A program made the translations under genes and the position numbers. Positions 37,720-48,030 of a DNA stretch of 64,000 bases are shown here, piece by piece. Source of the DNA: Narcine bancroftii (lineage: Eukaryota). The notes under the pieces were generated by a model. It did not search any database, was not told the origin of the DNA, and saw only the letters and a program-made list of their open reading frames with translations. Positions within the stretch are counted from its first letter, which is position 1; each line of letters opens with the position of its first letter. The stretch is from NCBI RefSeq assembly GCF_036971445.1, contig NC_091476.1:31372001-31436000 (forward strand), given 5' to 3'.

Positions 37720-38911
37720 GCAATCCTTCATGCACGTAGGAGGATGGTGGCTTTCTCTGAAACTTGGACTGCTGATGAAGACCACAAACGTTGTCCATTC
37801 CGATTGCCCCTGGGGGTATGGTAATGAATTACTGTCTTGAACTCTACATTATTTCTGGTGAAAGGCACCCTCCAGCATTTTTGGATTGAAATCAATGATG
37901 TTGTCACGATAATATGTGACGCAGAAAGGGGGATAGAAGTTGAGGTGATCCCACATTTACATTTGACCATTTTCACTCATTGTCCTGTAAAGAGTCTTAA
38001 TGGAGACCACAATTTTTTATCTTGTATCTATCTGGATATCTTAATGCTCCTGTGTTGGGCTTGGGTGGGAACAGGTTTCACTCAGACAGTTCAGTTAAAT
38101 TCTCACACTTGTGTACCAGAAACTCACTGCAGAGGGAAGTGGTTATGAACAACCCTCTTGTGCTTAATTCTCTTGAGAAATACTCTGGGTTCCTTGCAGA
38201 CCTCTCTTTATGCCCTCTATTTTTGGCCACATTCTCATCCAGTTCCATATTGGCTATCGACGTACAGCAACAGATTACACTCTCTGAGGATGTCCATATA
38301 TGGACGGATGTTCCTGCTCCCAGCACTGAAGGAATTCCAGATAGTCCATGTAAGATTCTTGACAATTTATTTTAAGCAAATGATTGCACAAAGATTAAGC
38401 CCCAGGTATATCTTACTCCCTTAATGTCTTCAACGCCTTTGTGATGAAAAGCACTTTGTCCATTGCTCATTCAGGCAAGAACTCCCAAACCAAGGCAATT
38501 TATGGAAAATTCCAACTGCTTTCAGTTCAATTCAACATCTTCTTAACTGCACAAGGCCTGCTGGGATGATGTTTTGCTCGTATTTCATGTTCTGCTGCAC
38601 AAGAGCTCACAATCCTCACCGTTAACTGTTCTTCCCCAGATACTAATTAAGTTCAGCAATTCTTTCCAGTTTTTTTTCCTGCTCGGCTAATGCTCCTGTG
38701 CAATACCGTTGAAGAGGTAGACTGACAGATTTCCCACTTTCACATGAGTTTGCAATCTGTTCTCCCTGTGTTTAAGACTGCTCAAATTTCTGGGGGCATT
38801 CTGAACAATCATAATCTCATATCCAAGCATCAGATTTGCTGAGACTTTCATTGTCTCAAAGGCATGAAACAGGCCACTTAACAGCAACTGTACACCTACT
38901 TGCAATAACAA
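37720..38911 (-). pseudogene. Endogenous hepadnavirus element (degenerate core + polymerase TP/RT/RNase H remnants)
   Basis: Ordered minus-strand motifs vs recalled DHBV/HBV: GYEI..LKHRENRL ~ GYLI..[11 protein letters not shown]/EEQLT ~ [13 protein letters not shown]/HKGV ~ TKYLPLDKGI; GIP/CWEQEH ~ [15 protein letters not shown]/LLYVD ~ PARVTGGVFLVD; RNPEYFSRELST ~ [23 protein letters not shown] ~ [15 protein letters not shown]..IQID ~ [18 protein letters not shown] ~ [18 protein letters not shown] ~ PFTKGNIEM. Confidence 0.8.
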
Positions 38912-39004
38912 AAATAGGGTCTATTGGTTTTATTCGAATTGAATTTCAGAAGCTGGGGAGCTTCCACCTGTCTATTTTCCAACCCAGGATGAATTTCTTG
39001 GCAC

Positions 39005-39350
39005 ATTAAACAGACTGGACCTGCTCACTCTTGAGTTTATAAGAATAAGAGGTGGTCCATTTAATCATGTAAAATTCAAAAGGGGACTAATTAATGGAGA
39101 TCTTAAAAACAATATACCTGTGGAGACGTCAGGGGTAAGTTTATAATGGTTGTGGATTGCATTGCCAGAGTTGGTGGTGGAGGCTGGTACAAAAGGAACA
39201 TTTAAAAGACTCTTAGGGAGTGGCATGGATGCAAGAAAAATAGAGGGCAGAATTTGTTTAGATTGGTGAGTAGGTTTGTATAGGCCGGCACAACATCGTG
39301 GGCCAAGGGGCCTGTGCTGTGCTGTACTGTAACATTGATTGTTCTATGAA
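39005..39350 (+). mobile_element. CR1 3' fragment
   Basis: LNRLDLLTLEFIRIRG..; 3' UTR acaacatcgtgggccaaggggcctgtgctgtgctgtact..gttctat. Confidence 0.7.
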
Positions 39351-42109
39351 TAAGCTAAAAAATACTCAGCAGATCAGGCAGCATCTGTGGAAGGAGAAAA
39401 ATAATTTGTGTTTTCGGATGCTGAAATGTCTGAAAATAAGGTAACAGCCATTCAAATTTAAGATGAGATAAGTTAATTGCACCCAGAGTGTGGTATAACT
39501 TTGTAATTCACTACAAAAGCGAGCTATGTTAGCTCAGTTATTGCAGGAAACTAGTGCTCATTTAAAAAAAAAAAACTATACATGATCTAATTAAACAGAG
39601 GAGCAGGGACAAGGAATGAATAATTTGCTCTTTTGTATCTTTTTGTTTTTTTTTTAAATAACATTGGTTGATATTACATTGATCATAGGGCCCTGCTGTT
39701 CACAAATTAGGTGTCTATTTTTTTTGCACAGCAGCTGAACTTAAAATGATAAGTAATTTACAACCGCCAAGCTGTGTTCCTTGTTGGGGTTTAAGGCACC
39801 AATTGTAGATAGCCATTTTGGTGTAGCTAATCAAGCAAATAAATAATTTTCCCAATTTACAACCTTAGTCATGTATTTTGTAGTTAGTACTTGGGAATTA
39901 ATATTTTTAAAGATTATGCATTCTAAACATCTGTCAGGCCAGGTGATTCCTCTCCTTTTCCAATCCCTTCTCTGATACTCTATCCAATATTAGCAAGTAG
40001 TTGTTGAGACATCACATCGAAGTGCGAAACATCACATCGGGAACCATCAATGGGGACAGTTGAGGTGTGTGGAGAATGGGATTTAACGTCCGTATTTCCT
40101 TTCCATGCACAGAGGCCATGGCAGCTATTTGTACATGTTCATTCCCAGCCTCTGAAAGCATTTCTCTGGTCACAGAATATAATCTTGCAAGAATATCTAA
40201 TCCTGCAACTCATGAACATTTCAAAAGTTAAGATTGTGTTCATACTTGTAAGCAACCAGCACTTTTATTGCATCTAAGATCATAAAACATCCTGAATGTT
40301 AGTTAATGGAACTTTTTTAAAATTAAGATAGAAGCAACAAATCTACCTAAATTAGGTGTTTAATGAAAACAATTAGAATGAATTTCCAAACAAATGTTAT
40401 GAGATGGTCTTACAAAACACTTTGAGCAAACACACTGAAACAAAAAAAGTAGGACTTTGATTTCTTCTCCCCAAAGGTAAATTGTGTTGCCGTCAAAATA
40501 ATTACTTTAAAATCATTGCCAAAGAACTAACTGTTGATGCTCACCAAATAGATACTGATGTTGAGACATCAGAGCAGTTAACCTTATTCTTTATCAAGGA
40601 ATTGGGCTTTGAGGAGCTTCTTGCAAGGTGAAAAAGAGCTGGAGGGGTTTAAGAAAGGATGTCCATAGTCAGATAAAACAACATATTTTGATGGGTGAAT
40701 GTTTATGGAAAGTTCAGGAAGAGTGGTCACAAAAAAAAGCCCCTTTTTCTTTCGTTGAATGGAGTATTTTTCGAAGTACAAATTTTTTGGTATTACATTT
40801 TAGATGATTGGTGGATCTTACATCATCATAAACGCACATAATTATTTTATGTTCTACAGGGTATATAAAATGTATATTGACATTTCTTTTCAGGGCTTCT
40901 ATTTTCGTAGTAAGCCATTTCAAAAATTGGTTCCACCACTAGCTTATGTCAATTTGTGTAATTTCATAGAGCAATGACTAAAGAACACTTTGACCTCCAT
41001 GCAGGACTCTTATGTTCCTGACAGCTAATTAATGCTAGGAAACCTGAGCAGGCAGCATCCTCAAAGCACATTCAAAACAACATTCCAAAGGCTCACAGGA
41101 ATTCCACAAAACTGAAGGAGCATTTGTAAAATAGAACTTTCTGTTGAGCCTCTTCTAGTACTCATTCTTGCAACAACAGCCAGAGTATCAAGGTACTTTC
41201 CAGTGTATAAAGTCTGTTCAGTCTTGACTCTACAGAGGAGGAGGAGCTTGTGATGCAGATTGAGCAACATCATGTTATTTTTCAATAATAATGCTACTTC
41301 TCTCAATCCTATTCCGATAGTGCAGATGGCAGGAAGGTTTGAAGAGGAGAGCTAACCATTCTGATGGTTAGTGCTACTGCGTTAACTTTATTCAGCTACA
41401 TGTGTTTAATCAGTATTTCAATTTTAATTTGACAATTGTTCATATCTTGCATCATTGAGTGGGATCAAATTGAATTAGTTTCTCAGTTTGCTTCATGGAA
41501 AATTGGATCCATAGCTCATTAGAAACAAAAAAAAGAATTGGTCCTTGTGTACCAATGGAAGGAAAATAAGAAACCTTTCATGGTATTACATTTGGGTTTT
41601 CCCCAAACCAATTTGATTTTTTTTGGGGCCAATTTGCTGTTGTGTGGGATAATTGAGCTAACCTGCTTGGGTGGGTAGAAAGAGGAGATAAGAGAATAGC
41701 AAATAGATGAGAGCCTTTCTTGTTAAAAATCACAGTCTGGCATGGTTCTGCTTGGTAGCAGTGGCAATTAATCAGTTTCTCTCCCCCTGTCCTTGATGAA
41801 TATGATCAGATTAGAAGTGAATTCACTGGAAGCATTCATAAAATGAGAAATTAAATGGGGGAAAAATACTGCCAAATTTACAACCCTTGAGAAAGAAAAT
41901 TCAAGTATCCTGACTTTTGATGCGAAGATTATCAGTGGGCTGGCTGACCAAGGACCTGGATCTCTGTCATTCCCAGATGGTTAAAAATTAAATGTTCTAT
42001 TTGAAAGTTGTAACCAATTAAAGTATTTTAGAAAATCGTGTTGATGCAATGAATAAACACAGAGTCTGGCTCTCTTCCCAGCCATTTCTCTACAGTGAAA
42101 TGAATAGTG

Positions 42110-42245
42110 GTAAAACACAAAAGTCTGCAGACACCATGATTGAAGCAAAAATAATGCTGGGAAACTCAGCAGGTCAAACAGTGTACTTGATGTAGAAAAG
42201 ATAATACATAACCCGCGTTTCAGGCTTGAGCCCTTCATCCAGGTA
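42110..42245 (-). mobile_element. Penelope terminal-repeat fragment
   Basis: aagtctgcagacacc..atgctgggaaactcagcaggtcaaacag..gtttcaggcttgagcccttcatcc. Confidence 0.75.
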
Positions 42246-42389
42246 CCTTGATGGTTTGCTTTTGATTCCTCATCTTCATTGTTTGAGGTAAATTCCAACA
42301 TTCAGCATTGAACTTAAATATTTTGTAAAGTTCATTAGATGTTGATCCCAGTTGTATAATATGAGGGGGTAAAATCTCTTATTTTGTTT

Positions 42390-42592
42390 CAATTTAGACA
42401 AACAGCACGATAACAGGCCATTTCAGCCCACAAGTCCATGCCGTCCAATTTGCACTGCATTAACCTACACCCTCAGTATGTTTTAAATGGTGAGAGGAAA
42501 CTGGAATCCCCAGGGAACATCCACAAACATATAAACTCCTTGTAGACAGTGCGGGATGGCGCTGTAAATGCGTTGCGCTAAGTGTTGCCCTG
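42390..42592 (-). mobile_element. tRNA-derived SINE
   Basis: Same family as 13698-13888. Confidence 0.75.
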
Positions 42593-42774
42593 AGTGAAAT
42601 ATGCAGTTCTACATTTCTTCTGCTACTGGAAATCTTACTTTTAGCCATATGGTTTAATAGTTTAAGTACAAGTAGATATGGATGATATTAGCAAAGTTAA
42701 CAACATCTTTCATTTCAGAACTAATAATCCAGTGACTTTTTTGAAAACTTAATTTAAAAAAAAATTAGACAACT

Positions 42775-44345
42775 TACAAAAAATTGTTTTTTTTATGTTT
42801 GATTGTATATATAAAAAGAAACAAAAATCAAACACCTCACCCATCCTCCCACCCCTTCAGTCAGCCCCCTTAAAGGGAGCCAAATATTAAGATAATAGTG
42901 ATTATGAAGAATATTTCTAAGTTCATGTCTTCCGAATGGGAAGACCACATTTTGACAAAAAATGAATAATTATCGTGCAGATTACATGTAATTTTTTCCA
43001 TAATAATACAATTAACTCATTCTGCCAGCATGTTATATTAACCTCCAGATGATCTTTCCAAGTACTAGCTAAACATTTTCATGCTACAGACAACACTAGA
43101 CGTACAAATGCAATTTGAAATTTATCCAACCCTAGTCCTTTCAAAGAAACCATATATCCCAACAAAAAGATTGATGGCTGTAATGGTAACTTAATCTTAA
43201 ATAATTTTTTCCAAAACCAACCTAATTCCTTCCCAAAATGCTTGTACTTTAAAACAAGACCAAACAGCATGTTAAAAAAAAGTTCCAGTATATAGTCCAC
43301 ATCTAAAACAAGAATCTGAATTACTAAATACATATCTTTTCAATTTCTCTGGAGTCAAATATAACTAATGTAAAAAAAAATTATAATTAACCATTCCAAA
43401 ACGTACATTTGTCACTTTAGTTACACTATCAGAACTCATAACCTCCCAATTATCTTCCAGAAAAATGTAGGTTAGATCACTTTTCCCATTCTGGTTTATC
43501 CATACTCTTCTGCAATAATTGGTACATATCTGAAATATAACCTTGGGTACAAAAGGAATCAAAGACTCAAATTTTGTCAACATGGGTAAATTCATCTCGT
43601 TACCATAATTATCTTTTATCAAAGTTCTGAGTTGATAATTCACAGAGAATTTGCAGATGTATCCAATTTCTCCCTCAGTTGAATAAAAGAAAGAAATTGA
43701 CCTCCTTTGAAACAGTCCTGAATTATCTTTATGCCCTGAGAATTCCATCTCTTTAAATGATTATTAAACATTGAAAAAGGAATAAGCTGGTTATGATATA
43801 ACGGGGTTCGAATTTACCCTTTCGATCCTAAAACCCTGTTTTTTTTTTAACCCATATCCTTATCAAATGTTTTAATACCAGCATATTACATTCCTGCTAT
43901 AAATCCACATTCCATTTAAGTATAAACTGATATACAAGCCATTTTCACCTTTGCCCAACACAGAGGTTGGTCCACATTCATCAATCTGCTAACAAATTTC
44001 AATTGAGCTGCATCATAATAATTTTGAAAGTGCAATCCCCCCCCTAAAGCATAATTCCATGCAAGTTTATGTAAAGCTACTTGGGCTAATTTTCCTTTCC
44101 ATAAAAACTCCCGCACTGCCCTGAAAAGGATCCTGGAAAAAAAAACCTTTGAAAGTAAACAAATGTTGAATTAGAGGGAAAAATATTCATTTTAACACAA
44201 TTTACTCAACCAGTTAATGTTAATGGCAAATCTTTCCATTTAATCAAATCCATTTTAATCCTTTTTAATCAAGGGACATCATTCAATTTATATAAAGGCT
44301 GGTAGTCTGCGTTGACTATCACTCCCAAATATTTAATTCCAGTGA
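42775..44345 (-). mobile_element. L1/Tx1-clade LINE ORF2 C-terminal region and 3' end, degenerate
   Basis: Reverse: IKYLGV, LIKWKDLPLTL.G.VNCVKMNIF, REFLWKGKLAQVALHKL..GGLHFQNYYDAAQL, YGMVNYNFFLH, YITC.QM. Confidence 0.85.
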
Positions 44346-46799
44346 CTTACTTTCTAATATAAATATTTCTTGGTATTCCATGTATTGTGGCAGTCTAATC
44401 ACTTATCTCCAGCTTTGGTCCTATTTCTGGTATTTAATCTTGGTAAGGATGAGGATTGGTAGATGCCGGAGAAGCGAATTTGCTGGTTGCTTGAGATTGC
44501 AAGCTGTGTGATTGGCAAACATTTATTTACCTATTTGTTTCTGACATTTTTTTGCCTGTTGTTTGAATACCAGATAATGGGGATTTTACTGTATGTGCTG
44601 TAGCAGTCAATTTGTGCATAGCATTGAAATGCTTGTATGATTGGCATTCAAAGTTTTTTGAGCAATTTAACTGTAAATACTAGAGCAACAATGCAGGTGA
44701 TCCTGACCTCCGGGAATATATTCATTAATTTCTTTGTTCCATCACTGTGTTCTCAAGCCTATTGCCCAGGTATCACGTGCCAGCTATGGATCTGTCTTGC
44801 AAACGTGAGGAATTCAGTCATGTTCACAGATGATCTGCAGGAAAGCATCTTTTCTCCAAGTCACTGATTGTTGTTAATAGTTTTGGTGAAGATGACCCAG
44901 TGTTGATCACCTGCTGCTGAAAAGAAATTTTAGATACCACTGTTTGTCATTATGCATAACATTCAAAAATATATTCTGTTGCAATGTTTCAGGAAGGTAC
45001 TGAAATTTTAATGTACTGAAATTGTGATGTTTCAGGAAGCATTTGAACTGTAGCAAGAATGGAGTGATCAGGCTGATTATCATATGAGAGTTGTTTAAGA
45101 TGCTCCCTCCAGTGGGAAGTTGCCCAGATGGCATGCGTTCATTGGAAGGCAGGGTGTGATTCATTGTGCTCCAAGCTCAGTTTCAAATGTGTTTTTACCA
45201 GTTATGGGAAATTATGCAATTGTCACATGTGAGCCGAATTACCTCCTCGGATAGCAATTTGGGCAAGACCCCTTCCATTCTCATGCTCTTTCATAAAACA
45301 AGACGGTTTGATATATTCTGCAGCAATTTTGTCTCCCAACTCCAATTGAGATGATGAGTCTCTGCAATCTATCTCTCTGTTTTGAAGCACTTAAACATCC
45401 TTTGTGCCATTTTGTCAAAGCCAGTGTGTGAGTCGCATGAATTTTGGTAGCAAATGCTGTCACAATTCTGCAAAGGCTAACAGCCAGCATGAAATATTGA
45501 TGGTTGGCATGCAGTAAAGGTCTTTATAGAGTATCATGAAGAATATTTTATAATTTTCTTAATTGCAGCTGGATGAAAATCAATAGCAAATGCAAGATGA
45601 GGTGCTTGCTTAAGCTTAGCATTATGTGAAAGAGGAGCATTTCCTCCTGGGAAGAACCTCTGACAAGGCACTGGAAACAGGAAGGGAGGTGTTAACTTTT
45701 GTGGCATTAAACTGCTGCGTGGATGCACTGAAGTAAATATTTGAGATTTTCTTAATTTATTTTGGGATGAAGGGCATTGCAAGGAAAGCCACAGCTTGTC
45801 GGTATCCCCAGCTGCATTTGAGAGGGTGATAATAGATCTTGAATTGCTGTGGTAACTTGATGAAGATTGTCTTCCATTGCTGAAAAGAAGGGATTTGAGA
45901 TTTTGATCCAGTCAATAGAAAAGTTGATGTATGCCTTAATCAAAAAGGTGTGTGATTGAAGGTGAACTTTTGGGTATAGTGTTTGTACTGTATGGCTGAT
46001 TTTTCAGCTGTGAAATTTGGAGCCCTTCTGCCCGTACGGCTTGCTGAATCATTGGACCATTCTTCAACCCACTGTAAAATTAAGAATGATTGTGTTTGAA
46101 ATAATGTAATGAAAAATGGTGCTCCAAATAAAGTTTTAACTTCAGATTTTTCCAGTCAACTTCAGGTGTCCCTCAACCCATAACATCCTTCTATTATACC
46201 TGTATTGCTGCCCTGAAAGAGACCAATCTCAAATTAATCCCAGTGGGTGCAAATAATTTCTTTTTATCTAATTTTGCACCAGTATTGATCTTGACATAAG
46301 GTGTCCAAAAGCTGCACATTAGAGCATTCGGAGACCATAAGTAGAGGACAAAGTGGCAGAAAAGTCTTCTATGTAGACAACACTCTGTCAATAATGCTGG
46401 ACCATAAACTACTGACACATTTCAAATATGTGTAGTGTCTGATGATTTGCTGGTGCTTGTTACATCATCATTTTAAGGCACATCATCGAGTCTTAATTAT
46501 TTGAAGTTTTATGAAGTCCGAAGAACTGATAGTGAGGGTGATGTATCTTGACTAATGGCAACTTGAGAAATCTGGAAACACACAAAACATAGATACAATG
46601 AATCAAGGGCATTGATAAGAATTGGTATTGAACGCACATGACTGTTTTGGTCAGTGTGGATTTTCAATGTTACTTCTGCCTTCCACCCATTGGACAGACA
46701 GCAGTAGATGATGGGACCATGAGCATCCAATGACAGAAGAAAAAGAGAGAAGGGGAATTTCAGACCAGTTAGAATGACATCAATGATAGGAAGACCTGC

Positions 46800-47110
46800 T
46801 GCCACACATCTCCAGTGACCTGGGTTCTAATCTGACTTTGGGTGCTTCCTGTGGTTTCACCTTCTCTCGTGTCCAACTGAGTGTTCCAGTTTCTTCTCTC
46901 AGCTTGAGAGGAGTTGATTGGTCAGTGAATTTATTAAGTTACCCCTCATGTAGTACGAATAGCAATGATTGAAGAAAATGATTTGCAAAAAAATTGGGGC
47001 AGAGTTAAAAACGAGAGAGAACGGGTTACAGGGAAATCGTTGCAGAGGGGTAGATGGGATTGCTCCAAGAGATAGCATAGACTTGAAGAACTAAGCCTTC
47101 TGTGCCATAA
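46800..47110 (+). mobile_element. Old SINE (V-SINE/HE1-like) relic
   Basis: cacatctccagtgacctgggttctaatctgact..ttctctcgtgtc..ccagtttcttctc. Confidence 0.5.
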
Positions 47111-47159
47111 GAAATGAGAAATATGGAATTAAAGAATGAGGACATTTGGAAAACTATAG

Positions 47160-48030
47160 AATTTGACAATTTGAAGGGGAAATCGTGTGTGACACTTCTG
47201 TTTAAGTTTTTATTTGATCCTCTGTGATGAGTATAAAATCTCATTGATTTATGTTTTGGGAATGCCCTAATTTGGAAAAATATTGGAAAGATTTTTCAGA
47301 CTTTATCAAAGATTCTGAAAATCAAATTCGAACCAAGCCCTCTCATTGCTTTGTTTGGGTTTTCTTGAAGAGGATATACTCTTAACTTCAACCCATGAGA
47401 AAATTTTAGCTTTTTTAATTTTGTTGATAGCTAGATGTGCAATTTTAATGAAAAGGATGTCTTTCCACCCACTCATGCCCAGTGCTTACATGATGTATAA
47501 AGTTTCAATTTGACAAGATATGGGCCCATTCATAGATTACTATCAATAATTGGAAGTTTTAAGAAGTCTTGATGCTCCAGAGACTCTGTCTAGTGTCTGA
47601 AGGTTGCTATTCAATCCATATCTTTACAAGTTGATGCTGGTTAGAGGAAGGGGTTAGATTAGTTGGATTTTTTCTCTTTTAGATTAATGAGTTAAATATG
47701 GGTTTAAGTATAATTGTCATGGATTATAATCATTAAGATAGAATTTACCCATTGTCTATATTAAGGGATTGTTTAATTTAGTCTTATTTATTTTCTATCT
47801 AGAACTATACTGGGATATTTTATGAGAATGGGATAAACTGTTAATTACCATATTTAAAGAATTTGATGTCTTAAAAAAAAAGTTTAAAAAATCATTTATG
47901 GATACATTTTTGATTTATTATGTTTAATATGTGATATATAAGAGAGAGAGAGAGAGATGTATGACCTGTTATAAGATGATTTTGTATGTAGAAATTTTGT
48001 TAAACTCTTTACAACTTAAAAAATAAAGTT
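47160..48030 (+). mobile_element. L1/Tx1 3' end relic
   Basis: LIYVLGMP..LEKYWKDFSDFIK..PSPLIALFG..IARCAILM; AT-rich 3' UTR ending aaaaataaag. Confidence 0.6.

Noticed and set aside
38286-38355. SYMDY and PYMDI on the minus strand as remnants of the RT YMDD motif
   Set aside because: They flank the TP WEQ motif and precede RT N-terminal motifs, so they are out of order; the collinear reading implies YMDD was deleted. Treated as chance.
37720-38911. DIRS/Ngaro RT or TRAF-like pseudogene interpretation
   Set aside because: Explains only SPTQ..IDT/HLNF or one weak motif, with wrong spacing; does not account for the core- and TP-like motifs.
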